A stretch of DNA of 64,000 nucleotides from Gammaproteobacteria bacterium (GCA_004297165.1 SCUJ01000006.1:1052464-1116463); one strand, 5' to 3'. Shown: positions 19,423 to 29,004, counted from the stretch's first letter. Numbers and translations are program-made. Notes: generated by a model from the letters alone, not told the origin.

Positions 19423-20112
19423 GTGGGGCTCTGGCAGTTCGCTGAACCTTGCCTCTATTATCCCTATCACGATCATTTTGAAAAGGTTGCGACATCGCTT
19501 GAGCGTATCTGTCGCGAGGGCAACAAGGAAGACATGGAAACTTGGGGGCGCATTTCAGCCCTTGCCTCCCTGACGGGTCATATCGACTTTGCCCATTTGC
19601 TTGGCGCATTGAACAAACTGGATATTACCGAAGCGTGGCAGGGGGCAGCGAGTGTTTGGACCCACCCTAACAATATCAAACAACACCGCGAGCAATGCCT
19701 TGCAGGTATCGAAGCGGGACTGAAAGAAGACATCTCTCATGCAGCGGCAGTCGCTCGACAAGTAGACAAAATCTTCCGGGATAATGCTCCACCGACCCCC
19801 ATCCCGATAGAATTGGTTCGGCTTTGCTTTAGCGTGTTCGAAAACGATAGCGAAAACAAACATCACCGCCTGTTTGGATTTGACGACTGGCTCAATGCCA
19901 CTTCGCAGCGCGACCCGGAGCTCGCCTTAGCCGCAACCGAAATTTACCTAGCCTATATTAGTCGTACCAAACCATATTTTTATGACCATGAAAATCGACT
20001 TGTCCAGCTAATGACCAGGCTTTTTGCTGAAGCTGAGGAAAGGGAAGAATCCGATCAAGGTGTAATGCTTAAACGCGTAGTATCAGTTCAAGATATACTG
20101 TTATCATTGTGA
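19423..20112 (+). CDS. Hypothetical protein (predicted alpha-helical, no recognisable domain)
   Basis: 229-aa ORF in the islet. Lies directly upstream (97 nt) of the orphan higA-like gene. Confidence 0.4.
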   Translation: MGLWQFAEPCLYYPYHDHFEKVATSLERICREGNKEDMETWGRISALASLTGHIDFAHLLGALNKLDITEAWQGAASVWTHPNNIKQHREQCLAGIEAGLKEDISHAAAVARQVDKIFRDNAPPTPIPIELVRLCFSVFENDSENKHHRLFGFDDWLNATSQRDPELALAATEIYLAYISRTKPYFYDHENRLVQLMTRLFAEAEEREESDQGVMLKRVVSVQDILLSL

Positions 20113-20208
20113 GTGAATTCTATCGACGATTGGCTAAAGGCCGCCGAGAGACAATAAGTCAGCTCTCGTGATAACGAGTAAATAGTTGACTACCATTAAA
20201 GAAATATC

Positions 20209-20508
20209 ATGACCAAGAGAGACATTTCACCTATTCATCCCGGCGAGATCCTGCTGGAAGAATTTCTTTTGCCGATGGGTATTTCCCAATATCGCCTGGC
20301 AAAAGATATCAGCGTACCTCAACGTCGCATAAGTGAAATTGTCCAGGGAAAACGCTCGATTACTGCCGACACTGCCTTGCGCCTGGGTCGTTATTTCAGG
20401 ATGGAGGCGCAATTCTGGCTAAATCTCCAGTCTCGTTTCGATCTCCTGAATGCTGAAACAGAGCTGGCCAAACGGCTGGATAAAGAAGTCGTCCCACATG
20501 CTGCTTGA
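20209..20508 (+). CDS. higA: HigA-family addiction-module antitoxin (XRE-type HTH)
   Basis: 99 aa; ...GEILLEEFLLPMGISQYRLAKDISVPQRRISEIVQGKRSITADTALRLGRYF... is the characteristic HigA HTH. No RelE/HigB-like ORF nearby. Confidence 0.8.
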   Translation: MTKRDISPIHPGEILLEEFLLPMGISQYRLAKDISVPQRRISEIVQGKRSITADTALRLGRYFRMEAQFWLNLQSRFDLLNAETELAKRLDKEVVPHAA

Positions 20509-20609
20509 TAAAACGGATTATAACAATCCAACAACGATTTTTTCGGCGAGTGAAATCTGGATTTTGCTGCACCGCATCCTGGCTTGATTGTCGATATCCG
20601 CGTGGGCAC

Positions 20610-20640
20610 CAACAGCGTGCCCACCCTACGAAATCTGGAT
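20610..20640. repeat. REP-like palindromic element copy 2 (GCGTGGGCAC-CAACAGC-GTGCCCACCCTACG)
   Basis: Same family as 19377-19406. Lies between the convergent higA and fdx genes, overlapping the fdx stop. Confidence 0.6.
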
Positions 20641-20882
20641 TATCCGTGGATCCGATCGTATTTCGCTTGTAGATCTTCCTGGGTCTCCTCCCAGTCCGGA
20701 TTGGGGACGATGCAGGCGGAGGGACAGACGGCCCGGCATTGCGGTTCGTCCTCGGCGCCCACGCACTCGGTGCATTTCATCGGGTCTATCCGATAGGGTT
20801 CGCCGGCGGTGATTGCCTCGTTGGGACAGGGATCCACGCAGGCATCGCACATCGTGCAGTCGGCATTAATCATCAAGGCCAT
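20640..20882 (-). CDS. fdx: 2[4Fe-4S] ferredoxin (YfhL/Fdx-type, 80 aa), probable electron donor to benzoyl-CoA reductase
   Basis: Two CxxCxxC...CP cluster motifs (CTMCDACVDPCP; CTECVGAEDEPQCRAVCP). Immediately downstream of bcrD, as in the Thauera bcrCBAD-fdx arrangement (established knowledge). Confidence 0.8.
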   Translation of the reverse strand: MALMINADCTMCDACVDPCPNEAITAGEPYRIDPMKCTECVGAEDEPQCRAVCPSACIVPNPDWEETQEDLQAKYDRIHG

Positions 20883-20956
20883 TGGTCAGTCTCCACAATA
20901 ATTCTTTTTTCGGGTTGAAACAGCTTTTCATAATGACTCGCGTATTGCAATTCCTG

Positions 20957-21796
20957 TCACGCCGCCCGGTTCGCGGCCAACTCCTCCAGCCGCGTATGCC
21001 GGTACGCGCCCCAGAGCGCGGCGCCGATCGCGCCGGCATAGATCGAATCGGGATGGGACAGGACCTTGACGTCCATCTTCTGCGCCGTGACCGCCTCGTT
21101 GAGTGCGGCGATCAGGCCGACATCGGTGGCGAGCCCGCCGGTGGTCATGACAATCCCCTCCTTGACCTTGATCGATTTAAGTAGTTTGGCCATGCGATCC
21201 GCCATGGAGATGTGGATCCCCTTCAGGATGTTGCTCGCGCTGATGCCCCGCGAGACCATGTTGATGACATCGGTCTCGGCCAGCACCGCACAGATGCTGC
21301 TCACGGCCTCCGGGTCATCGCTCTTCAGCGAGAGCTCGCCGATCTCGTCCTGGGCGACGCCGAGATAACGGGCGATGTTCTCCAGGAACTGGCCGGAGCC
21401 CGAGGCGCACTGGCTGGTCATCTTGTAACCGAGCACCTTGCCGCGGGGATCAATCTTGATGGCCCGGCCGTGCAGCGCGCCGATATCCATCACCGACAGG
21501 GTCTGGTCGTTGAGATAGACCGCGCCGCGCGCATGCGTGGTCATGGAGTAGAAATGGCCGGTGCTGTAGGCGATGCTCTCGCCCTCGCCGGTCGTCGCGC
21601 AATAATCGATGGCCTTACGCTCGAGATGGTTGCGCTTGAGGACCTCGTCATAGGCCTGCTCAGTAAGCGCGAACGGGTCCTGTGTGCGGATCCGGTAGCA
21701 ACTCTTGTCCAGCCATTCGGTCTTGTCGCCCGTCGTTCTGAACAAGGCCAGCTTTACCGCGCTGGCGCCGATATCTATGCCCGCTGTCGTGACCAT
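20957..21796 (-). CDS. bcrD: Benzoyl-CoA reductase subunit D (BcrD/BadG; BadF/BadG/BcrA/BcrD ATPase family)
   Basis: Start MVTTAGIDIGASAVKLALFR is an acetate/sugar-kinase-fold ATPase N-terminus. About 280 aa as for Thauera BcrD. The start is 1 nt after the bcrA stop. The ORF track start at 22078 is an over-extension. Confidence 0.8.
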   Translation of the reverse strand: MVTTAGIDIGASAVKLALFRTTGDKTEWLDKSCYRIRTQDPFALTEQAYDEVLKRNHLERKAIDYCATTGEGESIAYSTGHFYSMTTHARGAVYLNDQTLSVMDIGALHGRAIKIDPRGKVLGYKMTSQCASGSGQFLENIARYLGVAQDEIGELSLKSDDPEAVSSICAVLAETDVINMVSRGISASNILKGIHISMADRMAKLLKSIKVKEGIVMTTGGLATDVGLIAALNEAVTAQKMDVKVLSHPDSIYAGAIGAALWGAYRHTRLEELAANRAA

Positions 21797-21797
21797 A

Positions 21798-23114
21798 TCA
21801 GTGCTCCATAACCGCCCGGTAGGCGAAGGTGGCGGCCCCGAGGGAGCCGGTGTAGATCGAATCGGGATTGATGTTGATGGTGACCTTGCCGTAGTTCTCA
21901 TCGACCAACTCACGCAAGGCGTTGACGGCGGCCTGGTTCTTGGCGACGCCGCCGGTGAAGGTGAACTGATCGGTGATGCCGCCGGAGCGGGCGATGATGG
22001 ACATGGCGCGCAGGATGATGGAGCGATGGAGACCGCCGAGGATATCCGCGCGGTCCTCGCCGAGCGCGAGCCGATCACGCAGCTCCGCGCCCGCGAACAC
22101 CGTGCAGGTGGAGTTTATCTTCACCTGTTTCTTGGCCTTTAGCGCCATCGGGCCCAGCTCGTGCAGACCGATCTTCATCTCGTCAGCGATGTAGCCAAGA
22201 TAGCGGCCGCAACCGGCGGCGCAGCGGTCGTTCATTTGAAAATTCTGCACGATGCCGTTCGCGTCCACCTGGATCGCCTTGGTATCCTGCCCGCCGATAT
22301 CCAGCACGGTGCGCGTGCCGTGGTACATGATATGCGCGCCGAGGCCGTGGCAGAGGATCTCGGAACGGATGTGCTCCTTGGAGAACGGCAGGCGGACGCG
22401 GCCGTAGCCGGTGCCGATCACATAACTCTCCTCCAGCTCGACGGCGAGCGCCCGATCCACCGCCTGCTGCATCGAGGCGCTGGACATCCTGTCCTCCCCA
22501 GCCTCCGTCAACAAATTCTCCAGTCCGCGGACGATCTTGCCCTTGAGATCCGCGGTCGGCGGGCGGTTTTCCACCTCGATGATGGCCTTGTCGTATACGG
22601 CGATGACCTGATCGAAGGGCAGATTCGCCTGCTTGCATACCTCGCCCGCGACGGCCAGATAAAAGGAACCGGCGATGTCGCGGAAGAAATCGGATTTGCG
22701 TTCGGCCCCAGGCTGGAACAATGCGCCGGCCTGGTCCGCGACCCGGCGGAAGATCTCGTCCAGCGCCTCGCGCACGGCCGCCTCCTTGTCCTTGAAGCGC
22801 GCCGCCGTGGCGAACTCGAGGCAGGTCCGGCGCAGGTCCTGCAACTGCTCCATGAACTGTTCGCGCCGGAAATTCCGCTCCAGATCGCGCAGGAAGGCAT
22901 CGATATCCACCATGCCGGATTGCGACTGTTCCAGCTCCCGGCGCAGGAGGGTGAACCGGGAGTCGATATAGGCCTCCTGCTTCGAGACCGCGGCGGCGGT
23001 GTCGTAGTTGGATCGGGAGTTGGTGATGCCGCGCCCCAGGACATCCTTGTTCTCGTCCATGAGGATGGCCTTGGTGGTGGTGGAGCCGAGGTCGATGCCG
23101 ATAAAACATTTCAT
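21798..23114 (-). CDS. bcrA: Benzoyl-CoA reductase subunit A (BcrA/BadF ATPase)
   Basis: Start [21 protein letters not shown]; about 439 aa. Second, non-identical ATPase subunit of a class I BCR. Confidence 0.8.
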   Translation of the reverse strand: MKCFIGIDLGSTTTKAILMDENKDVLGRGITNSRSNYDTAAAVSKQEAYIDSRFTLLRRELEQSQSGMVDIDAFLRDLERNFRREQFMEQLQDLRRTCLEFATAARFKDKEAAVREALDEIFRRVADQAGALFQPGAERKSDFFRDIAGSFYLAVAGEVCKQANLPFDQVIAVYDKAIIEVENRPPTADLKGKIVRGLENLLTEAGEDRMSSASMQQAVDRALAVELEESYVIGTGYGRVRLPFSKEHIRSEILCHGLGAHIMYHGTRTVLDIGGQDTKAIQVDANGIVQNFQMNDRCAAGCGRYLGYIADEMKIGLHELGPMALKAKKQVKINSTCTVFAGAELRDRLALGEDRADILGGLHRSIILRAMSIIARSGGITDQFTFTGGVAKNQAAVNALRELVDENYGKVTININPDSIYTGSLGAATFAYRAVMEH

Positions 23115-23133
23115 CTCTGGTTCTCCTCTGCGG

Positions 23134-24432
23134 TCACGCGGCGCGCCGCTTCTGATCGACCATCTGGAAATAGCTCTCCAGCCGGTTCTTGACATTGGCG
23201 GCGGAGAAATAGCGCGGGTCCACGAGGTCGGTCTCCACGAACGCGGCTGGTTTCCCGGTGCGCTTCTCCACCTCGCGCATCATGAGCAACTGTCCCGCGG
23301 AGAAGCTGTTGCAGCTCTTGATCGAGTTGATCAGCAGGCCGTCCGCCTCATAGTCGTTGATGTAGTTCACGAGCATGTCGACCCGTTGCGGCAGGTTCAT
23401 GTTGGTGTAACATCCGAGGCAGTAATCGGCGAGCGATTCCAGCGGGTGTTCCGGGTCGTGCCGGAAGCCGAAATCGTAGACCCCGCCCACCTTCGTGTAG
23501 GAGCTGGCTACGACCACCGCGCCGTCGTCATAGAACATCTTCCAGAACTCGCGGAGATTGGTGTAATTCGGCGGGCCTTCGACCACGAGCCGGTATTTCT
23601 CCTCGCCCATGTTACCCTCCGGCGTGACCGGCCCGAGGCCGGCGTCGATGCGGGCCTGGATCTCCGCCCGCAGCAGCCGGTAATACTCCGTCGCATCCCG
23701 CGTCCCACGGAAGGCGGAGAAGATCGGGCCCACGTAATAGACACCGCCGAAATAGGCATCGATCGGCGAGGGCTTGTGGCGCGCGGTTTGCAGCACCCAG
23801 ACCAGGTCATCCTCCGCCCTGGCGGATTCCCGCAGGTATTCGCGCAGGCGATCGATGTCGAACTTCACGCCGCTGATCCGCTCCAGCGTCGGGATGACCT
23901 CCTCCTTCAACTGCTTGACCACATACTTGCGCATGTTCTCGGTGATCTTGCCGCCGCCCTGGTAGGGCACATGGAGCATTACGGTCGGGCACTTGTACTG
24001 GTGGCGCAGCAGCTCGAACCACTTGAGGAAGGTGAAACAACCGGTATACGACAAGAGCAGGATGTCGGGCTCCGGCAACCGTTCCCCGGTCGGGCCGATG
24101 TTGCCGTTGTAGACCATGCCGAGGTCGGTCTTCACATAGGTGCAGACGTCCTCGGAATGGCCGGCGCGCTCGGCGTCGAAGATGAAATTCCCCGACTTCT
24201 TGCGCATGCCCATCTGCAGGGCATTGATCTCGGGAAAGTTGCCGACCATGTCGAAGCACATCACCAGCTCGTTGATGTTGCCGGGAACGAAGGTGTAGGA
24301 GACCTTCTCGCCGGTCTGCGGCGCCCGCGCGAGACGCGTGAAATTGCCGGCGATCATCTCCTTCTGCTTCTCCATCGACTGATCCTTCTGGGCCTCGCGG
24401 AGATCGATCTTTTTCGTGGCGACTGTAGTCAT
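23134..24432 (-). CDS. bcrB: Benzoyl-CoA reductase subunit B (BcrB/BadE; 2-hydroxyglutaryl-CoA dehydratase D-component family)
   Basis: 432 aa, HgdB-like. Position and size match Thauera BcrB. Confidence 0.8.
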   Translation of the reverse strand: MTTVATKKIDLREAQKDQSMEKQKEMIAGNFTRLARAPQTGEKVSYTFVPGNINELVMCFDMVGNFPEINALQMGMRKKSGNFIFDAERAGHSEDVCTYVKTDLGMVYNGNIGPTGERLPEPDILLLSYTGCFTFLKWFELLRHQYKCPTVMLHVPYQGGGKITENMRKYVVKQLKEEVIPTLERISGVKFDIDRLREYLRESARAEDDLVWVLQTARHKPSPIDAYFGGVYYVGPIFSAFRGTRDATEYYRLLRAEIQARIDAGLGPVTPEGNMGEEKYRLVVEGPPNYTNLREFWKMFYDDGAVVVASSYTKVGGVYDFGFRHDPEHPLESLADYCLGCYTNMNLPQRVDMLVNYINDYEADGLLINSIKSCNSFSAGQLLMMREVEKRTGKPAAFVETDLVDPRYFSAANVKNRLESYFQMVDQKRRAA

Positions 24433-25610
24433 GCGTTTTCACCCCACAGTTTGATGGAATCGGCGAAGGTGCCCGCCTGTTCGCGGATCGGCTGCATCTG
24501 CCCGGAGTTCTCCGCGTATTTGAAAGCGATATAGGGGATGCCCGCGGCATTGAGGGCATCCTGGAGCATCGGGCGCTCCAGCAGGGCCGGGTCGCAGAAG
24601 CTCGGCGCGGCGAAGATAACGCCTTCCGCCCCGCTCTTGCGCACGGCCTCGACCAGGTACTGCCCCTTGTCGGCCTCGATCGGCTCGTAGGTGGCCGAGG
24701 TCTTGGTGGAATGATGCAGGAAGGCGCGCGCCAGGGCCTCGATCGGGTCCCCCGTCTCGCTGACCGGTTCCTGCATCCACCGGTTGATCAGCATGAAGTC
24801 GTCATCCACGACATAACAGCCGGCGAGTTCGAGCGACTTGATGAGATTGAGCGGCGGTTGCTCGCAGAACATCCCGCTGAGGACGATCTTGCAGTTGTCG
24901 CGGCGTGGACGATCCGCGCTCCTCGCGGCCTTGATATAGGATTCGACAAGGACATTGTGATCCTCCACGGGGAGCAGCATCCCGGCGCGGGAGAGCAGAT
25001 AGGCTTCTGTGGCCGGAACCTTCCAGGGTTCTGCGGCGCGCAAAATGTAAAGTTCCTTGATTAATTCGCGGTTGCGGTTGAAGAGCACAATGGATACGCG
25101 CAGCGCCGCATCCGTGATCTCGTTGCCGCTGAGATTTTCGAAATCGTGCCGCAGCTCCTGCAATTCATTGACATAGAATTCGCCGCCGACCCGATCGTCA
25201 TAATTCTGCGGCATGTCGTAGTAATGCGCGTACATGTCGGGGCGGATCAGTTGCAGCATCCCGGTGAGATTCCGGATGACGTCGCAGATGCTGGGGAAGA
25301 GCATGCCGTCGACAAAATCCAGCCGTTTAGTCAGGAACAATTCGATGGTCGAACGGGGTATCCGGCAGATGTAACTTTGATAATACGCGTCGCCCTGGAT
25401 GACCTCGATCTGATCGCCGCCGCCAAAGATGCCGAGCGGCAGCATGCCCGCGGCGTGGATCAACTCCCGCGGCACATAGATGGGCATGAAACCGACGACC
25501 TTGCGATCCGGTTCCGCCGCCTTCCATTCCCTTGCGGCGGTGAAGTGCAGGTCTTCAAACAGGGACTGGCAGCGCTGGATGATCTGGTCGGTGGTGGCCA
25601 TGTCTCTCAT
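24429..25610 (-). CDS. bcrC: Benzoyl-CoA reductase subunit C (BcrC/BadD; HgdA/HgdB-like)
   Basis: 393 aa. 4-nt overlap with bcrB. Order C-B-A-D as in Thauera aromatica. Confidence 0.8.
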   Translation of the reverse strand: MRDMATTDQIIQRCQSLFEDLHFTAAREWKAAEPDRKVVGFMPIYVPRELIHAAGMLPLGIFGGGDQIEVIQGDAYYQSYICRIPRSTIELFLTKRLDFVDGMLFPSICDVIRNLTGMLQLIRPDMYAHYYDMPQNYDDRVGGEFYVNELQELRHDFENLSGNEITDAALRVSIVLFNRNRELIKELYILRAAEPWKVPATEAYLLSRAGMLLPVEDHNVLVESYIKAARSADRPRRDNCKIVLSGMFCEQPPLNLIKSLELAGCYVVDDDFMLINRWMQEPVSETGDPIEALARAFLHHSTKTSATYEPIEADKGQYLVEAVRKSGAEGVIFAAPSFCDPALLERPMLQDALNAAGIPYIAFKYAENSGQMQPIREQAGTFADSIKLWGENA

Positions 25611-25680
25611 CTCTTAATGAATCTCTTCGTTATTGTTCCGCTTTGCGGTATAACAGGCAATCAACAAAGTAGAGCAAGTT

Positions 25681-25695
25681 TAATTCCAGGAATTA
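25681..25695. promoter_or_regulatory. Perfect palindrome TAATTCC-A-GGAATTA in the AT-rich divergent bcrC/korA promoter region; candidate operator
   Basis: Seen directly in the 177-bp intergenic region, which also contains several TATAAT-like runs (ggtataataatactataatact). Confidence 0.3.
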
Positions 25696-25787
25696 CATGG
25701 GATTGTCAATAATGGTATAATAATACTATAATACTACTTAGTCAATCAGGACCAACAATCCCCGATCCGATCCGGAGTTTATACATT

Positions 25788-27536
25788 GTGAATTCGAACA
25801 GTCAGAGTCATTTAGTCTCCACTGGCGCCCTTTCCGTCGCCGTGGTCGGCAGTGGCGGGGCCGGGGCCATCACGACCGGTACATTATTACTCGAGGCCGC
25901 GTCACGACAGGGGCATTACGGCATTCTCACCCGCACCGTCGGTCCCCAGATCCGCGGGGGCGAGGCCGCCGCCCTGGTGCGCCTCGGCACGCAGCCCATC
26001 GATTGCATCGGCGACGGCTTCGACATCCTGCTCGCCATGGACTGGAATAATTTCGATCGCCTTGCCGCCGAGATCCCGCTCTCGACGAAAAGCTTGATCA
26101 TCGCCGACCCTGAACAGGGCGATGTACCCGAGGTCGTCCGCGACACCGGGGCCGTTATCTGCAACCTGCCCATCGGCGAGCTGGCGAAGGCCGTTAACAA
26201 GGGCCGGCCCAACATGCTCGCGTTCGGCATTATCGCCGAGTTGCTGGACCTGCAAACCGCATCGGTCGGGGCCGTGCTTGAAAAGCAACTCGCGAAGAAG
26301 GGCGAACAGGCCTTGCAGAGCAGCCTGGAAACCGTGCGTGCGGGCCGCGCCGCTGCAACCGGACTCGCCAAGCGAACCCTGGCGGGTCAAGGCTCGCGGC
26401 AGGACGGCCGCTGGTTGATCACAGGCAATCATGCCTGCGGCTACGGGGCGTTGCGGGGCGGGATCCGCTTCGTGGCCGCCTATCCCATCACCCCGGCGAC
26501 CGAGGTCCTGGAATGGCTGTCCTCCGGGCTTATGAAGTCCGGCGGGCGGCTGGTTCAGGCGGAGGATGAATTGGCCTCCATTAACATGATCGTCGGCGCC
26601 TCCTACGGGGGCATCCCATCTCTGACCGCGACCTCCGGCCCCGGCTTGTCTCTCATGATGGAAAGCCTGGGGCTTGCGGTAGCCGCCGAGATCCCGCTAG
26701 TCGTGATCGATGTGATGCGCGTCGGGCCTTCCACGGGCATCGCCACCAAGGCCGAGCAGAGCGACCTGAACATCGCCGTCTACGGATTCCATGGCGACGC
26801 CCCGCACGTGGTCGTGGCGCCGAACTCGGTCGGTGATTGCGTCGCAACCACGCAGTGGGCCGTGCAACTGGCGGAGTCCATGCAGGCGCCGGTGATTGTC
26901 CTCACCGATCAGTACATGGGACAGACCAAATCCATCATCGATCGACCTGCCTTGGCGGAGGCCGGGGCCGGGCGGCTCACGTGCGACAACCCCGCGCCCG
27001 ATTACGCGCGTTATGCCAATACCGAGAGCGGCATCTCGCCCATGACGATCCCTGGAACTCAGGGCGGACAATACACCGCGGACGGTCTGGAACATTCGGT
27101 CAAGGGCATCCCCTCGACGCGGGCGGAAGATCACGAACAGCAGATGGAGAAGCGCCGGCGCAAGATCCATGACTTCGACTACGGCGAGCGGTGGGCGGAT
27201 GTGGAGGGTGCGGGTCGGCACGCCATACTGACCTGGGGCTCGACCACCGGGGCGGTGCGCGAGGCGCTCGATCAATTGCGGCGCACTGGCGTGGATGACA
27301 TCAAACTCATATCGCTCCGCCTGATCACGCCGGCACAGCCGGAGAAATTCGCGGAAGCGATCGCGGGCGTCGACCGGGTCCTGGTCATCGAACAGAATCA
27401 TTCCGGGCAACTGCGGCATTTTCTGCGCGCCCACTACGACCTGCCCAAGGACATCGAATTTTACAACCGGGCCGGCCCCATCCTGTTCCGGCCGGGCGAG
27501 ATTGGCGACTGGATCAAACAATGGAGGTCGGCATGA
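25788..27536 (+). CDS. korA: 2-oxoglutarate:ferredoxin oxidoreductase alpha subunit (fused gamma/alpha)
   Basis: 582 aa. N-terminal catalytic gamma-like domain (AVVGSGGAGAITTG) then the alpha pyruvate-flavodoxin-oxidoreductase core. Paired with a TPP-binding beta subunit. Adjacent to the bcr genes, as KorAB regenerates reduced ferredoxin in Thauera. Confidence 0.85.
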   Translation: MNSNSQSHLVSTGALSVAVVGSGGAGAITTGTLLLEAASRQGHYGILTRTVGPQIRGGEAAALVRLGTQPIDCIGDGFDILLAMDWNNFDRLAAEIPLSTKSLIIADPEQGDVPEVVRDTGAVICNLPIGELAKAVNKGRPNMLAFGIIAELLDLQTASVGAVLEKQLAKKGEQALQSSLETVRAGRAAATGLAKRTLAGQGSRQDGRWLITGNHACGYGALRGGIRFVAAYPITPATEVLEWLSSGLMKSGGRLVQAEDELASINMIVGASYGGIPSLTATSGPGLSLMMESLGLAVAAEIPLVVIDVMRVGPSTGIATKAEQSDLNIAVYGFHGDAPHVVVAPNSVGDCVATTQWAVQLAESMQAPVIVLTDQYMGQTKSIIDRPALAEAGAGRLTCDNPAPDYARYANTESGISPMTIPGTQGGQYTADGLEHSVKGIPSTRAEDHEQQMEKRRRKIHDFDYGERWADVEGAGRHAILTWGSTTGAVREALDQLRRTGVDDIKLISLRLITPAQPEKFAEAIAGVDRVLVIEQNHSGQLRHFLRAHYDLPKDIEFYNRAGPILFRPGEIGDWIKQWRSA

Positions 27537-28372
27537 ACGAGACTGCGGTTGCGCTCAACAAACCGACCCCGGCGGATTACCGCTCGGGGATCAAGCCGAT
27601 CTGGTGCCCCGGTTGCGGGGATTACTCCGTGCTGCTCGAGATCACCAAGGCGCTGGCCGCGCTCGAACTCCCGGCGGCGGAGGTCGCCATCGTCTCCGGG
27701 ATCGGTTGTTCCTCGCGGATCCCGGCCTACAGCAGTTGCTACGGGTTTCATGGGGTGCACGGGCGCGCCCTGCCGGTGGCGACCGGCCTCAAGGTCGCGC
27801 GTCCGGACCTTACCGTGATCGCGACCGGCGGCGACGGCGACGGATTCTCCATCGGCGGCAATCATTTTCTCCATGCCTGCCGGCGCAATGTCGATATCAC
27901 TTATATCGTCATGGACAACCAGGTCTATGGCATGACCAAGGGCCAGGCCTCGCCCACCACCGATCCCGACTGGGACAGCGTCCTGACGCCGGGCGGCACC
28001 GGGATACGCCCCTTTCAGCCGCTGGTGATCGCACTCGCCTCGGGCGCGAATTTCGTCGCCCGCGGCTTTGCCGGCGATCCGGCGGGCACGACCGAGATGA
28101 TCATCGAGGGGATCAAGCACCCCGGATTCTCCTTCATCCAGATCCTGAGCCCCTGCGCCACCTTCCGCCCGGATCAGCGGGAATGGCGCAACCTGGTCCG
28201 GCCGGCCCCGGTCCCCTTCACCACCGATCCGTCCCGCGCCGCCAACCGCATCATGACCGATGACGGCTTCAATCTCGGGATCCTCTATCGCGGCGATCGC
28301 CCGCCCTATGAATCAGGACGGAAGTCCGAGCCCAGGGATATTGATGCGATCGCGGAGGAATTCGTCCTATGA
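27533..28372 (+). CDS. korB: 2-oxoglutarate:ferredoxin oxidoreductase beta subunit (TPP-binding)
   Basis: MNETAVALNKPTPADYRSGIKPIWCPGCGDYSV... and the GDGDGFSIGGNH TPP motif. ATGA overlap with korA. Confidence 0.85.
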   Translation: MNETAVALNKPTPADYRSGIKPIWCPGCGDYSVLLEITKALAALELPAAEVAIVSGIGCSSRIPAYSSCYGFHGVHGRALPVATGLKVARPDLTVIATGGDGDGFSIGGNHFLHACRRNVDITYIVMDNQVYGMTKGQASPTTDPDWDSVLTPGGTGIRPFQPLVIALASGANFVARGFAGDPAGTTEMIIEGIKHPGFSFIQILSPCATFRPDQREWRNLVRPAPVPFTTDPSRAANRIMTDDGFNLGILYRGDRPPYESGRKSEPRDIDAIAEEFVL

Positions 28373-28890
28373 CTGCCGGGCCTCGACCAGCGAATATCGC
28401 TGAGTTACTGACGCATGCACTCGCATTGGAGATTGAGGCCAGCGAGCGCTACGCGGATCTCGCCGAGCAGATGAAGTCGCATAACAACCTTCGCATTGCG
28501 AAGTTGTTCGGCAAGATGGCGGACATCGAGAAACTCCATGTGGACCACATCCGCAAGATGATCGAACGGCATGGGGTCAAACTGTCAGAACCAGCGAATT
28601 ATTACTGGACCTCTCCCGAAGGACCGGAAACCACAGACCCGCTCGACCTGCATTACCTCATGACCCCGCGCCAGGCGTTGGAACTCGCACGACACAATGA
28701 AGCGCGGGCGCGCGATTATTATGCCCATCTCGCCACGGATGCGCAGGATGGAGAAACCCGCCGCATGGCGCAAGAGTTGGCGGCGGAGGAAGAAGAGCAT
28801 GTCGCCCTGATCGACGCCTGGCTCGCCAAGGTCCCGGAGACCGACGCGGACTGGGACGAGGACGATGACCCGCCGTTCTTGCAGGATTAG
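28369..28890 (+). CDS. Ferritin-like/rubrerythrin-family diiron protein (no rubredoxin domain)
   Basis: Two E...ExxH diiron half-sites (EIEASERY...EKLHVDH; ELARHNE...EEEEHVAL). 4-nt overlap with korB. Confidence 0.7.
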   Translation: MTAGPRPANIAELLTHALALEIEASERYADLAEQMKSHNNLRIAKLFGKMADIEKLHVDHIRKMIERHGVKLSEPANYYWTSPEGPETTDPLDLHYLMTPRQALELARHNEARARDYYAHLATDAQDGETRRMAQELAAEEEEHVALIDAWLAKVPETDADWDEDDDPPFLQD

Positions 28891-28896
28891 GGAAAC

Positions 28897-28993
28897 TCTG
28901 AATAAGTACTCACCGTTCGGGCTGAGCTTGTCGAAGCCCTTGATTTTACGAGTACGCATTTCGACAGGCTCAATGCGAACGGACTTATTCAGA
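28897..28993. other. Extended imperfect inverted repeat (about 18-bp bulged outer stem enclosing smaller hairpins) filling the convergent intergenic region; candidate bidirectional terminator or small structured RNA
   Basis: TCTGAATAAGT(actca)CCGTTCG at 28897-28919 pairs with CGAACGG-ACTTATTCAGA at 28976-28993. Inner GGGCT...AGCCC hairpin. Confidence 0.3.
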
Positions 28994-29004
28994 ATTTCCT
29001 TAAG

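Noticed and set aside
17485-20640. Integron cassette array/CALIN hypothesis for the islet (same-strand small ORFs, an antitoxin, repeated palindromes after ORFs, GCTAACCCGGC(A/G)GTC recurring after two ORFs)
   Set aside because: The palindromes are simple perfect 8-bp hairpins without the R''-L''/L'-R' architecture or GTTRRRY core of attC sites. There is no intI or attI nearby. The recurring GCTAACCCGGC motif is too short to evaluate. The repeat is better explained as a REP-type element.
20957-22078. Long 373-aa version of bcrD with a Pro/Ser/Ala-rich N-terminus
   Set aside because: The first ~94 aa are low-complexity read-through overlapping the end of bcrA in another frame. The ATPase fold starts at MVTTAGIDIG (21796), which also gives the expected ~280-aa size.
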